The notes beneath the pieces are model-generated. The model was not told where the DNA came from. It worked only from the letters and a program-made list of their open reading frames with translations, and did not search any database. A stretch of 64,000 nucleotides of DNA from positions 63,552,001-63,616,000 of the forward strand of contig NC_086097.1 of the NCBI RefSeq assembly GCF_963921235.1. The letters are read 5' to 3'. A program made the translations under genes and the position numbers. This DNA is from Mobula hypostoma. Its lineage: Eukaryota. This document shows, in pieces, positions 35,000 to 48,410 of the stretch (the first letter of the stretch is position 1; the number at the start of each line of letters is the position of its first letter).

Positions 35000-37362
35000 C
35001 TATCACAATTTTTAGCAAGCATTTCTGAGCAAGATGTTATAATTATGGGTGACTCCAATTTCCCAAATATTGAGTGAGAGAACCCAGTGGATTACTGGAA
35101 AGTGAATTCATTGAGTTATTGAATGATTGTTTCTGACCTAGTGTGTTAATGCTAATGTACCAAAAAGATGGGAGACCTGTCTAGATTTGATATTCTGTAA
35201 CAATCAGGATAGAATTTTAAGTATGGAAGTTGTTGAGACTGTAGGAACAAGTGATCATAACATGATTAGTCTCAAAGTTTTTAGTGAGAGTATATCAGTA
35301 AACACCGAAGCCATTAAATTGAATTTCAGAAAGGCAAAGTTTGCGCAGATGCGGCAAAGACTTCAGGAAGTAAACTGGAAGGAACTGCTTGCCGTTGAGT
35401 CAGTTGCGGAACAATGGGGTCGATTGAAAGAGTTATTACATGCAGAGCAGGAAATGTTCTTACCCAAGGTCAGGAGAAGCCACAAAAACAATAGAGCAAC
35501 TACATGGATGTATAAAGATAAAAATTATTGAAGAACGGACAGTTATACAGTATAAGGAATGCAGAAAAAATAGTAATGGTAAAAATATGAGAGCCCTAGT
35601 AAAACCGGAAGTTTGGATTGCCAAAAGGTAGGTTGAGAAAGATATTGCTGATAATGTTAAGATTGACACCAAGAAATTCTTCATTAATAGTAAAAGAAAA
35701 GCCAAGGAGGAAGTCAAGTGTATTAGGAATAACAGTGGAGTGTTAAATTATGCAGAGAAGGAATAGCAGATACTCTTAATTCATATTTTGCTAAAGTATA
35801 CATTAGCAATATGCCAGTAAGTGCAGAGAAAAATAAGTGACTCAGAGATCTTAGAAAATGAGATCTGCTTCAGCTGAAGAGGTTGAAAGTTAATCAATCT
35901 CCAGGGCCAGACAACATATATCCAAGGGTACTTAAAGAGAGATGAAAACCTAAAGATGTATTTTTCAAAAGTCATTAAAGACTAGCGAAATCTCTAAAGA
36001 CTGGAATTGGGCTAACGCTGTCCCAGTATACAAGGAGGGTGACCGCACTGACCCTGATAACTACAGACCAGTTATGTATTGTAGGTAAGAAAATGGAAAC
36101 AATAATAAAGAATGAGATGGAAAAGCAGCTAAGAAGAGGCATGACAGCTGAAAACCAGCATGAGTTCAGAAAGGGGAAATCATGTTTTACTAATATGCTG
36201 GAGTTCTATGAAGAGGCAACTAAAATTTATGATAAGAATAAAGCGGTTGATACCATTTACTTGGACTTTCAAAAGGCTTTTGACAAGTACCCCATGAGAT
36301 GTTGATAATCAAATTACAGGAGGGAGGGATTCAGGGTAGGCGTGCAAATGGGTGCAGAATTGGCTCAAAAGCAGAAAACATGAGTTATGGTGAGAGGATC
36401 ATTTTTACACCTAGAGGATGTTATGTGGAGTTGCGCAGGGATCAGTTTTGGGACTACCGCTGTTCTTAATTTACATTCATGATTTGGTTAAGCACATAAC
36501 AAATAAATTAGTAAAGTTTGCTGATGACACAAAATTAGGGGGACGGGCTGATAACATTCAGGCAGCAGAATCAATACAGTTAGATTGAACAAAATCAGGC
36601 GTGGGCAGATAAATGGCAGATGAAACCTAAGGTAAGTAAATGTAAAGTATTACATATAGAAAGTAGAAATAATAAATATAAATATACAATGAGGAGTCCC
36701 GAGTTAGAAAGTGCACTGTGTGAGAAGGATCTGGGTGTCCTGGTAGATTCATCATTATCAACATGTGCATAAGCAGTTAGGAAGGCTAATAGGATCATGC
36801 ACTCTGTGGAGTTCAACTCTAGAGGTGTTCTCCTTAAGCTGTATAATGCACTTGTGAGGCCAGACCTTGAATACTGTGTACAATTTTGGTCTTCATTTTG
36901 TGTGAAGCAAGTGAAGAGAGTGGGGAGAGAAGGGTGACGACACTCATTCCAGGTCTGTGGGGTGTGAGCAATACAGAAAGATTGAAAGAATTCAATATTT
37001 TAACCTAAGTAGACGTAGAATGAGGAGACATGATAGAAGCGTTCAGAATCATTGCTGCAAGTAAAGTGGATGCCAGCTGCTACTTCAAAATTAATCCATC
37101 AGCAAGGATGCAGGGCCATAGGTGAAGACTGGTTAAGGGGAGACTTCAGACTAACATCAAGAAGTACTTTTTTTAAAAACACAGTGAGTTGTAGATATGT
37201 GGAACAAACTACCTAGTTGTGTAGTTCAGAGCAGTACCTTAGAGACTTCCAAATCTAAACTCGATAGTTATTTCAACACACTATGTGAATAGGAATTTGG
37301 TAAGCTTTGCTGGGCCGACTGGCCTGTTCCTGGCAAAAACCTTTGAATGCTCGAATGTTCTA
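35000..37362 (+). mobile_element. CR1 LINE (endonuclease-RT to 3' end), decayed
   Basis: ORF 35187-35531 (GTSDHNMI...LNFRKAKF, end of APE endonuclease) and 36039-36305 (QHEFRKGKSCFTNMLEFYE...IYLDFQKAFDK). KFADDTK at ~36513; LVRPDLEYCVQFWS at ~36851. Confidence 0.92.
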
Positions 37363-37494
37363 AAGGATCAGTTTTGTGATCTTGCTGTACAGTACACATC
37401 AAATATTTGGTTAACATCTAAAAAGGAAACAATGGGAAATAACACTTCCAACTAAAGTCAACAAATGAACTTCATATATTTCAAGAATTTTTTG

Positions 37495-37892
37495 TTTATT
37501 CATTCAAAGATGTGGACTTTGCAGGCTGAGCCAGCATTTTATCGCCTATTCCTGAATGCTCTTGAGATGACGATGGTGAGCTGCCTTCGTCAACTGTTGC
37601 AGCTCTTGTGGTGTGAATATACCCTCAATGCTACGAGGGAGAGAGTTCCAGGATTTTGACCCAGTGCCGGTGAAGGAACAGCAACACATTTCCAAGTCTG
37701 CTCCAAGGAAATCTTGCAGCAGTATCCTGTGGCTGAGATATTTGACGTTTAACCATCACAATTATCTTCCTTTGTACAATTCCAACCCTTGGAGGGTTCC
37801 CCTGATTCCCATTGACAGTTTAGCCACAGTTCCTTTATGCCATACTCAATTAAATGCTGCCTTGATGTCAAGGTTAGTTACTCTCATTCACT
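37495..37892 (-). mobile_element. 3' end of an old chondrichthyan LINE (CR1/L2 group)
   Basis: Resembles a common shark repeat end ('gccagcattt..gcc..cttgag..ggtgagctgccttc..gggagagagttccaggattttgacccag'). An opposite-orientation relative lies at ~52775-52900. Confidence 0.5.
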
Positions 37893-38440
37893 AAATTAAA
37901 CTGTAACATGGAAAGGGATATATTGTCAACAAGAAATTCTCCAGATGCTGGAAACCCCAAGCAATACAAAAAAATGCAAGGGGAACTCAGCAGGTCAGGC
38001 TGCATCTGTGGAAATGAATAAGCAGTCAATGTATCGGGCCGCGACCCCTTCCTCTAGACTGGAAAGAAAGGGGGAAGAGTGGAAGGTGATAGGTGAAGTC
38101 AGGTGGGTGGGAAAGGTAAAGGACTGGAGAAGGAATCTGATAGGAGAGGAGAGTGGACCATAGGAGAAAGGGAAAGAGGAGGAGACACAGGGGGAAGGGA
38201 AAAAGGAGGGCACCCAGGGAGAAAGGGAAAGGCAGATGAGAAGAGGTAAGTGGCTAGAGGGAGGAATAGATGAAGAAGGGAGGGGAAGGATTTTTTTTAC
38301 TGGAAGGAGAAATTGATATTCATGCCATCAGGTTTGAGGCTACCCGGATGGAATGAATATAAGATATTGCTGAGGGTGGCCTCACCATGGCACAAGAGTA
38401 GGCCACGGATTGACATGTCAAAATAGGAATGGGAATGGGA

Positions 38441-39240
38441 ACCCCTTTTTACTGGGCCCCTCTAGAGATGCGGCTCGTTAGCCCCTCACTAACAGCCACT
38501 GGCCCCAGCTGTGAGAAAACCACCTTTCACAGACTCTGTATGTCTAGGGTAGATATGACCTGGGTCCCATCAAACCCATGAAGTTGGAATGTCCCACTCA
38601 CCCGAACTCCGATTTGTGTGAATGCTGCGTAACTTACTGCTCCCCTGAAATCACCCTTCAGCAAAAAATAACAGACTGTAACTGCATACAATGATAAAGG
38701 AAGTATATTTAAGAATGTTAGTAACTAAAGAAAAGAAAGAGACAAATAAAAGGGCCCATCATAATTAAACAGTCAAATGTGCGCACAAGTTGGAGCTCAT
38801 CTTGAAGTTGTCTTTAACTCACACGCTGGACCCACGGTTTGCGTTAAGGTACACACCACCTTCCAAATGTCGCTTGAAATCCATCTCGAACAAATGGGCT
38901 CTCCCACAGGAGTATTGGTCCTTCCTCCTTGAAGCCATTCATCTGTACAAGAGGGACAGCATTCTCAGCATCTTCCCTCCTGTCTTCTCCCAGCTCCTAC
39001 CATAAAGGCCTCGACCCACACCACTATCCATCACAAAAACCTCTCCACCCAGCGTTCTCCAGAACCTTCTCCTAATTCCACCATCCTGATTGGCTGACAC
39101 CACATTCCTAAGTTGAACAACAAAGCCCCTTACCTTAGCTCAAACCCAAACAGGCTGAAATCAGAACAGACTGCTCTTACAGAACTGCTAAAATGAAATA
39201 CCTACAGCATGGCAGTAAAAATCTTAACCGGGGCGTTACT
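38441..39240 (-). mobile_element. Probable solo LTR inserted in the Penelope element
   Basis: ~800-bp non-coding block interrupting collinear PLE sequence. Ends in ggggcgttac(t), a degenerate TGTAAC/GTTACA LTR terminus. The other end is degenerate and no TSD was resolved. Confidence 0.5.
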
Positions 39241-39583
39241 CACTTTTGGAAAATGAGGCAAAGGTGCTTAACAAACTGGTCCCCCAATTATGGTGGGTCT
39301 CATCAATATTGAGCAGGCCGCGTTTTGAGCACCAAACACGATAGCCAACCCCAGCATATTCACAGATGAAATGTTGCCTCACCTGGAAGGACCGTTTGGG
39401 GCCCTAAATGGAGGCAAGTGAGGAGGTGAATGGGCAGATGTAGCACTTTGGCTGCTTGCAGGGATAAGTGCCAGGAGGGAGATTAGTGGGGAGGGATGAA
39501 TGGACAAGGGAATCATGGAGGGAGTGATCTCTGCAGAAAGTCAGGGCGGGGGGGAGGTAAAGATGTGTTTGGTGGTAGGATCC

Positions 39584-41592
39584 CAAGTCAAGTCAAGTCA
39601 CTTTTTATTGTCATTTCGACCATAACTGCTGGTACAGTACACAGTAAAAACGAGACATTTTTCAGGACCATGGTGCTACATGAAACAATACAAAAACTAC
39701 ACTGAACTACGTAAAACAACACAAAACTACAGTAGACTACAGACCTACCCAGGACTGCATAAAGTGCACAAAATAGTACAGGCATTACAATAACTAATAC
39801 GCAAGACAATATGCACGGTAGAGGGCAGTAGGTTGGTGTCAGTCCAGGCTCTGGGTATTGAGGAGTCTGATGGCTTGGGGGAAGAAACTGTTACATAGTC
39901 TGGTCGTGAGAGCCCGAACTCTTCAGTGCCTTTTGCCAGATGGCAGAAGGGAGAAGGGATTGTATGAGAGGTGCATGGGGTCCTTCATAAAGCTGTTTGC
40001 TTTACGGATGCAGCGTGTGGTGTAAATGTCTGTAATGGCTGGAAGAGAGACCCCGATGATCTTCTCAGCTGACTTCACTATCCGCTGCAGGGCTTGTGAT
40101 CCGAGATGGTGCAATTTCTGAACCAGGCAGTGATGCAGCTGCTCAGGATGCTCTCAATACAACCTCTGTAGAATGTGGTGAGGATGAGGGGGTGGGAGAT
40201 GGACTTCTCTCAGCCTTCGCAGAAAGCAGAGACGCTGCTTGGTTTTCTTTGCGATGGAGCTGGTGTTGAGGGACCAGGTGAGATTCTCCGCCAGGGGAAC
40301 ACCAAGAAATTTGGTGCTCTTAACGATCTCTACAGAGGAGTTGTCAATGTTCAGTGGAGAGTGGCCATTTCATGTCCTCCTGAAGTCAACAACCATCTCT
40401 TTTGTTTTGTTCACATTCAGAGACAGGTTGTTGGCTCTGCACCAGTCTGTTAGCCGCTGCACCTCCTCTCTGTATGCTGACTCATCATTCTTGCTGATGA
40501 GACCCTCCATGGTCGTGTCATCGGTGAACTTGATGATGTGGTTCGAGCTGTGTGTTGCAGCACAGTCGTGGGTCAGCAGAGTGAACAGCAGTGGACTGAG
40601 CACACAGCCCTGGGGGGCCCTGTGCTCAGTGTGATGGTGTTGGAGATGCTGCTTCCAATCCGAACTGACTGAGGTCTCCCAGTCAGGAAGTCTAGGATCC
40701 AGTTGCAGAGGGAGGTGTTCAGGCCCAGTAGGCTCAGCTTTCCAATCAGTTTCTGAGGAATGATTGTGTTAAATGCTGAACTAAAGTTCATGAACAGCAT
40801 TCGAACGTATGTGTCTTTTTTGTCCAGGTGGGTTAAGGCCAGGTGGAGGGTAATGGCAATGGCGTCGTCTGTTGAGCGGTTGGGACGGTACACAAACTGC
40901 AGGGGGCCCAGTGAAGGAGGCAGCAGGGTCTTGATGTGCCTCATGATGAGCCTCTCGAAACACTTCATGATGATGGATGTGAGTGCGACAGGACGGTAGT
41001 TGTTGAGGCAGGACACTGAAGACATCTTCGGCACAGGGACGATGGTGGCGGCCTTCAAACATGCAGGAACGACAACGCTGCTCAGGGAGATGTTGAAGAT
41101 GTCAGTGAGAATCTCTGCTAGCTGGTCTGCACATCCTCTAAGCACTCTGCCGGGAATATTGTCTGGTCCAGCAGCCTTCCATGGGTTGACCCTGCACAGG
41201 GTTCTCCTCACATCGGCCACGGTAAGACACAGCACCTGGTCATTTGGAGAAGGGGTGGTCTTCCTCACCGCCACGTCATTTTCCGCCTTAAAACGAGCGT
41301 AGAAGTTATTCAACGCATCTGGGAGGGAGGCATCACCAGCACGGGAAGGTGGTTTTGTCTTGTAGTTCGTGATGTCCTGAATGCCCTTCCACATGCGCCA
41401 CGTGTCACCGCTGTCCTGGAAGTGGCTGTGGATGCACTGGGCGTCTGCACGCTTTGCCTCTCTGATGGCCCGGGACAGCTTGCCCCTCGCTGTTGTTAGG
41501 GCTGCCTTGTCGCCTGCTCTGAAGGCGGAGTCACGGGTCCTCAGCAGTTCACGCACCTCCGCGGTCATCCATGGCTTCTGGTTAGCGCGTGT
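39584..41592 (-). mobile_element. Rex1/Babar LINE, 5'-truncated, relatively young
   Basis: (CAAGT)n tail at 39584. 331-aa minus ORF 40573-41568 ([10 protein letters not shown]...[19 protein letters not shown]...FSSAFNTI...NWILDFL), then frameshifted KFTDDTT (40370-40603) and the C-terminus (39923-40114). Confidence 0.95.
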
Positions 41593-44329
41593 CGTGGAGG
41601 TTCAAGTGGTGGTTGGTAAGGACAAGAGGAACTCTATCACTGTTAAGGCAGCGGGAAGATGGGGTGTCCGAGAAATGGAGGAGATATGGGTGAGAATAAT
41701 ATCAATGCTGGAGGAAGGGAAACCCTGTTCATCGAAGGAGGAGGACATCTTGATGTTCTGGAAAGGAAAGCTGTTTCCTGGGAACAGATGCGGCAGAGGC
41801 GAAGGAACTGAGAAAACTTTGAAGGAGGTGTATATTGTGACCAGGAACTGCAGACAATTAAGTAGAGTCAGCCAGGTTTACAGCAAGGCAAAAGGACAAA
41901 GAACCAATCAGAAATGCTTAGATAAGAAAGCTATGAGGGGGCATCAAGATAAGCAGCCTTAGGAAAAGTCGGTTCAATGCAGGTCCTGCAAATAAATCAA
42001 ATGGTGCTAACTCAGTGTAAATAGCAATAAAGCAAACCTGAGGAAATAGAGCAGCCACTCAGGTTTCATCTGGACAAAAGAATTAGATTATATCAGCACA
42101 CAGAGGCTTTCGATGGTCTCAGGTCTGCTTCTGATTAGCAATTCAAATGTATCAACGCCAGCTCAGCCTTTATATCTTAAAATCAAAGAAAGATGGGGGA
42201 TAAAAATTAACAGCGCACACTCGCAATGTATTAGAAAATGGAGAACGGTGCATCAGGCACAGGATTTGATTATTTTCCCTCCCAATAATTTTTATTAAAA
42301 TGGATTTGTTGCAATAGTTAAATTTCTCATTCTGTTTACAGACCTGATGTCATCATGTTTTTGTTTCTAACTCACTTTCACTTTCATTCATCTTAACATA
42401 TTTTGTTTCGGCTGTCCGTCTGCTTCAACCTGCCACTTTGAATGTCACTTTCCTTCTTTCTTTCTGGGTGAGAGGAGGCAACTGGTATTGTGGCATGGCA
42501 GGAGAAGAAGCCATCAACAGCTCAAGGTCACATTTGTGGTGGAGCTGCAATGTTATCTGACCCTCAGTGTGGTTCTCCAGTCATCCTCTTCCCTAGACAC
42601 TTTCCCATAATCTTACCTCACTTGCCTATGTCCCTACCCATAACTTTGCTTCTTGTTTTACCCTTGCAGCCACAGACCTATCTTGGCATCATCATAATCT
42701 TAACTCCTTCCACTTCAAATAATAACCCACCTAACTTTTATATCTTGGCAATCTTTTCTTGTTCACCTCAATCCAGTTCTCTGTTCCAATTCGCTGGCAC
42801 CACCATCCAGTCCTGAATGGGCAGAGAGAGACCAACACACTGCTTACTATCACTTAGCAACTGTCATTCTTATTTCCCTTCTCTCTTTCTTTTTTTCTCT
42901 TCTGACTGAATGTTTCTCTATTTCAAAATCCACTTTTAATATTAAGTTAAAATGAGGAGAAGCACTATCTGTCTCTGACTTTTACCATTCAATCCCTTTG
43001 TCTCCGAGCTGGAACTTACAAATAGCAATTACCTTTCCTAAATATCATTCAAAACTCAGGTGGAAAACTAATTGATTTCAAAGTTCAACCATCATTTTAA
43101 AAGCACGATATGCAAAAGTTATAAAACACAAAACGAAAAGTAGAACAAGAGTAATAAGGAATTAGTCTCATATTCTCCTGTCATATACATATACAACACA
43201 GACATGCAGGTGCACACATACACACAAAATCTTGCTTTGAAAGAATTATGGAGAGAATATTTTACATGCATGTAAAATCTTGTGCAATCTATAAACATAT
43301 TCTTTTCCATCCACCTCTCTGACATTTTGCATAATATTCTGAGTTACTTTACAATTTATATGCATCCTTTCTCTGCTGAGAGACGCTTAGAAAGCAGCTA
43401 CATTATTCATAATTGCTGTCCCTGGAAATAGGGAGATTTGCTATTTTTGGAAAATTGATGATAGTGCATTAATCACAGATTAGAAAGATCAATAAAACCA
43501 CACAAATAACCAGTGACATTTGCAGATTATGAATTCAGATCGCTTTTAGATGTTATTGCAGATTTCAAAAAGACATTGGCTTATGGAGGTCATAACATAG
43601 GTAATAATTGAGAAATTATATCACTTACCTGCATTCACTTATTCAGCTGAATGAGGTAGAATTTTGCTAGTCACTGACAGTGTTTGTACTTAAGCATTTA
43701 TACTTATGTGTTTACACAACAGTATTTGTAAGTTTCAGAGCCAAGTCCTTCAGATTCCCAAAGGGTTTGTTTTTTATTTGAATCCTAGCTATGAAGACTT
43801 CATATGATGCTATTAACAATAGAGAAAACATTCATGGAAAATGAAAGATTTCCATATCTGAAAATATACAGAAGGTAAGTGATATTAGGATGGAATTTAT
43901 ATTAAAAATGCTGTCTTCATATGGTGACTTTTTTCATTACAGCAAAGACAACATTTAACTGGAAACTGCTCCAGAACAACCGAAGAACTTTAAAGATGCT
44001 ACTGTACATAAATACATTTATTAATTTATTTCTATTAAATTCCCATCTTATTTGTCAGGAGGTGTGAACATAAAAATAGAAAAATGTTTCCATTAAATTA
44101 GTGGAGACAGAACTTGATGTCAGTAAGCTACTCTAAGAAATACAGAAACATTGTGCTTAAAAATAACAGCCTGGACGTTAACAAGGTCAATGGTATTTTA
44201 AATTAACATCCATAAAATAGTCTCAGTCAAAAGTAATTTTCAGGTATTTACTTCAGACTTCTCCATATTTCATGGATTTCTGTATTTCTTGTGACATAAA
44301 ATATTGATTTCATGGATTTATCATTACGG

Positions 44330-44660
44330 CAAAGAAGATGAAGGAGAGATTCAATGTGTTGAAAACTATAAAAAGTTTGAATAGAGTAAATAAAGGGAAA
44401 TCCAGTATTAACAGGGTTAATAACCGAAGGACACAGATTTAAATAATTAGAATTTTAAAAAGAGAAAGATGAAAATCTTTATTTTACTCAATAGCTGTTC
44501 TGATATGAAATCCATTGTTTAAAAGATGGATAAAATGTCAAAAGCAAAATCATTACTTGATTTTAAAAGCATACATTTTCAAGGCCATAGGTGGTTCTAA
44601 CTAACAAAAGAAGAGAACAACCTGAACATAATAGGCTTAATACTGTAATATGAAGCTATG
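44330..44660 (+). mobile_element. Very decayed CR1 3' end
   Basis: Residual R..GD.I.V.K..K..DRV and T.GH..K patterns ('aaccgaaggacacagatttaaa'). Confidence 0.45.
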
Positions 44661-44725
44661 ATCTTTGGATTTGATATTTTAAAGACAAACTAATAATTAC
44701 AGAAACAAAAATAGCATTCATTTAT

Positions 44726-44826
44726 ACACAGGAGATACTGCAGATGCTGGAAAACTTGAACAAAATACTGGAGGAACTCAGCAAGTCAGTCAGCATCTAC
44801 GGAGTGGAACAAAATGTTTCAGGGCA
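44726..44826 (-). mobile_element. Old Penelope pLTR end fragment
   Basis: 'ctgcagatgctggaaa...actggaggaactcagcaagtcagtcagcatcta' is homologous to the PLE termini at 31341 and 37930. Confidence 0.65.
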
Positions 44827-45134
44827 TTTCTCACGTCAGGAAGACCATTGAAGCGTGATTTATGGTAACAAGTAGAGTTGCATCAGTCCTCTAATAAAGC
44901 AATGGTTATAGAGCAACATCCAAAAGCACCAAGAGAAAGGTAATGAATATTATCATTGTCTTCAGTCAGGGTGCAGAATCACCAAAAATCAAAGGTCACT
45001 ACCACCAGCAATTCTAGTTCCTTTTGACCTCATTGACACTGAATAGACTTTGTTTTTTGTTTGGAAGCTTATGCTATATTTGTGTGGATTGGAAAAGCAG
45101 TTGCCCCACGAGTGCAGTATGGGAGATCAGAGCT

Positions 45135-46347
45135 TGTCATAAGGAGGCATTGGGAGCAGACACAAATGCAAGACACAGACACTGGAGTACTAGGAACAGG
45201 ACTCAGTGTGTCAAGAAAGCAAGGGGAGTGGGGAGAAAGAACGCTAGACATTGACACAGGCCCTGGACGAGACTAGGATGCAGGGCCTGGGCTAGGACAT
45301 GGACAAGAAACACAGAACCTGGACAAGGAACAAGGAACAAGGAACAAGGAGCCTGAACTAGGGACATGGGACTCCGGTACTAGAGCCTGGACAAGGACCC
45401 GGAACCTGGGTCTTGGTTGGGACTAGGAACCTGGGTTTTGACTCAGAACCGGAATCCAGGTTTAGGCTAGGACAAGACGTGGCTACAGGACAGGATGTGG
45501 CTACAGGACAGGACGAGGGAACTCCGGCACAGGGCTGGGTGAGGTACTCCTGGGCTGAGCGAGACAAATGGACAGGACGAGAACACAAAGCCTTGACTTG
45601 GTCTTGGGAGACAGGAACCTCAGAGCCTTGGACTTGGAACTCAGGAACCTCGGAGCCTTGGAGATGGAACTCAGGAATATGGAACACAGAGCCAGGACCC
45701 CTCCTTGGGAGCAGAATGTAGGGCCAGGACTTGTACACAGCACACAGAGCCAGAAACCCCTCCTTGGGAACAGGACCAAGGGCCGGGGCTCTTTCTATAC
45801 ACAACACACTGAACACGAAGAGACAGTTCTCTACTCAGGGTAGCAGCAAACGGCCGGACCTACCCAGCAGAGGCAAGGACACAAAGAGAAGGTTCCTAAC
45901 ACAAGGTAGCAGCAAACGGCCAGACCTACCTAGTGAAGGCGAGGACACAGAGACAATTCCCAATTCAAGGTAGAGGCAAATGGCCAGACCTACCTAGCAA
46001 AGGCGAGGACACAAAGAGACAATTCCAAACAATGACAGACTGTTCCTTATCTTGACACAGCAAGGCCCCGGTATTGCTCCGGCGGTTGAACTTGACGGCG
46101 TTACAGGCGATGCTTCAGGCGAACATTGCAGGCAAAGGCTTCAGAAGGAAGGAGAAGGGAGGGGAACAGAACAGTCCAGCCAATGAAGCTGAACCCAGGA
46201 GCTATTTATGTAGCCAGCCTAAAATGAGAATCAGATGCCTCAATTGAGGCACCCCAACAGAACAAGGGAAAACCGGAAAACCTGGAATAAGGATCAGTGG
46301 ACCAAACTGTGAACCGGAATGCAGACTTCATGGACTGGACCATGACA
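45135..46347 (-). mobile_element. Solo LTR (1213 bp) with 5-bp TSD and internal tandem repeats
   Basis: Termini TGTCAT...ATGACA; TSD GAGCT at 45130-45134 and 46348-46352. TATA-like CATAAATAGC on the minus strand at ~46201-46210 (orientation inferred from this). Confidence 0.88.
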
Positions 46348-47479
46348 GAGCTTTAGCTTGTTTCTCTCCTGGCTACAGTTCTGTAGACCACGAGACCTTT
46401 CATGCCCATTAACTTCAATCGAAAAATGCTCATTTACGTAGCAGTTCTGAAAAATTCACCCCATATGTTCTCTTTTTCTTTCAAAACCCGTTAAGAATAG
46501 GAGCAACTGAAATCTTGCATTAGATTGTATTGCTCAGGGAAATGAAACTGTTGAGAAGTCTCTATCAGCAGTATAGACTCAATGGATGGAATAGCTTCTT
46601 TCTAAATCTTAAGATTTTATAGCATGTTATTTTTATTCACCCTTACCTCCTTAATTCTGAATTTTGTATCAATGACTTTTGAAAGATAAGTTTGGGAGCA
46701 TTTATTTAATTTAGCTAGTTTTAAGTGAAAACAGGTGAGCCAGAGATGGCAACAGGACCAGACAAAATGAAAACTCTTCTCACAGCTACTTGCCTATGAT
46801 AGCTGACTCATCCTGGCCTCAGTCAGTAAAGGTACAGTAAAGTTATTTAAAGTGGGATGGTCAGTACAGACCTCCAACAGTCTGCCAGTTTTTCAATTGA
46901 ATAACAATTGTAAAGGTATGCATGTTCAATAATTTAGTTTGCTTGTTAACCATTCTAATGCTGAAATACTGCACCGACACTTTTAAGGTATTTAAGATGT
47001 GCTGCAACTGGGAAGGTTTCCTGTAGCAGTTTTCAGTTCTGACGCAGATCTGAATGTATTTCCTAATCTCATACTGGTGCCTCTACAGAAAAAGATCATT
47101 CACAATTCCTTTCCGCTAATCCAAACATCGGCAAAGAGCAGTTACCTCGTCATATTTTGTAAAATCTGGTCACCTATGCTCCATATATTGGTTCACAAAA
47201 GTAACCAAAAATATTAGAAAAATGGACCCATTGTGCAAAATCAGGCATGAACAAAATGGAGGTACGTCAATAAACACTTTCATAACTTAATTGCCCTAGT
47301 TAAATCAGGGTTATAAAGTTCAAACTAAAATACATCTCCAGGGAAATGGTACTCACATAGACAGCATTCTGCACTAATTCATTATTTTGAAATCGCTCTT
47401 CTATTCTAAATAAAACCACTTCAGATTCATTGATTGAAATTTCCAAAGGCATAACAAAAGAAAACTATGAATTTGCAAA

Positions 47480-48410
47480 TTCAGAATCAGATTGGTTTTA
47501 TTATTATTGACGTAGATTGTGAAATTTGTTGTTTTACATCGAACATAAACATTACTGTAAGTTACAATTATAAACAGTGCAAAAGAGAAATAATGGGGTA
47601 GTTTTCACGAGTTCACTGACCATTCAGAAATTTAATGGCAGAGGGGAAGAGACTGTTCCTAAAACATTGAACTTAGATCATTAGGTTCCTCCGCTTCCTC
47701 CCTCATGGTGGTAATGTGAAGCAAGCATGAACCGGATGGTGAGGGACTCTAATGATCAATGTTGCCGGCTTGAGGCATCACCTCTTAATGACCTCCTGAA
47801 CGACGGGAACTATTTATCTGATCGGCCTGGCTGATTCTATAACCCTTTGCAGTCTCTTGTGATCCTATGCATGGGAGCCTCCATACCAGGCAGAATGCTC
47901 TCCACCACACATCTGTAGAAACTCACAAGAGTCTTTGGTAACATACCAAATGTCCTCAAATTGCTTATGAAGTAGAGCCATCATGACTTCTTCATAACTG
48001 CATCAATTTGTTGGGTTGGGGTAGATGCTCTGAGATGTTGATGTCCAGGAACTTGAACCTGCTCAACCTTTCCACTGCTGACCCCTCAATGATGACTGGT
48101 ATGTGTTCGCCTGACTTGCCCTTCCTAAAATCTACAATCAGGTCATTGATTTTGCTGACAGTGAGCACAAAGTTGTTGTGGCAACACCACTCGACCAGGG
48201 GATCTACTGTATCTCACTACTGTATGCCTCCATGCTGCCATCTAAGATTCTGCCATCATCAAAGGTGCATTTATAGATGGTGTTTGAACTGTGCTTACCA
48301 CAAAGTCATGAGTATAAGGAGTAGAGCAGTAGGCCCAGCAGGCATCCTCCAGGTGCACCTATGTTGATTGTCAGTGAGGAGAAGATGTTATTAGCAATGC
48401 ACACTGATTG
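47480..48410 (-). mobile_element. Rex1/Babar LINE 3' part, decayed
   Basis: (TTCAGA/ATCAGA) tail at 47480; homology to the Rex copies at 33537-33840 and 39584-41592 (e.g. 'tgattgtcagtgaggagaagatgtta', 'ggaacttgaacctgctcaacct'). Confidence 0.8.

Larger units (their letters stand above)
37930..41820 (-). mobile_element. Older Penelope-like element (pLTR, GIY-YIG, RT C-terminus) split by two nested insertions
   Basis: pLTR with decayed hammerhead at ~37930-38060. GIY-YIG region 39243-39583 (RDHSLHDSLVHSSLP...PGTYPCKQPKCYICPF). RT C-terminus 41593-41820 (FSQFLRLCRICSQ on the minus strand). Confidence 0.85.

Noticed and set aside
40573..41568. 331-aa RT ORF as a functional gene
   Set aside because: 5'-truncated and frameshifted before the catalytic motif, which itself reads FTDD in the next fragment; a dead Rex1 copy.
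45358..45973. Overlapping repetitive ORFs
   Set aside because: They arise from tandem repeats inside the solo LTR and show no recognisable domain.
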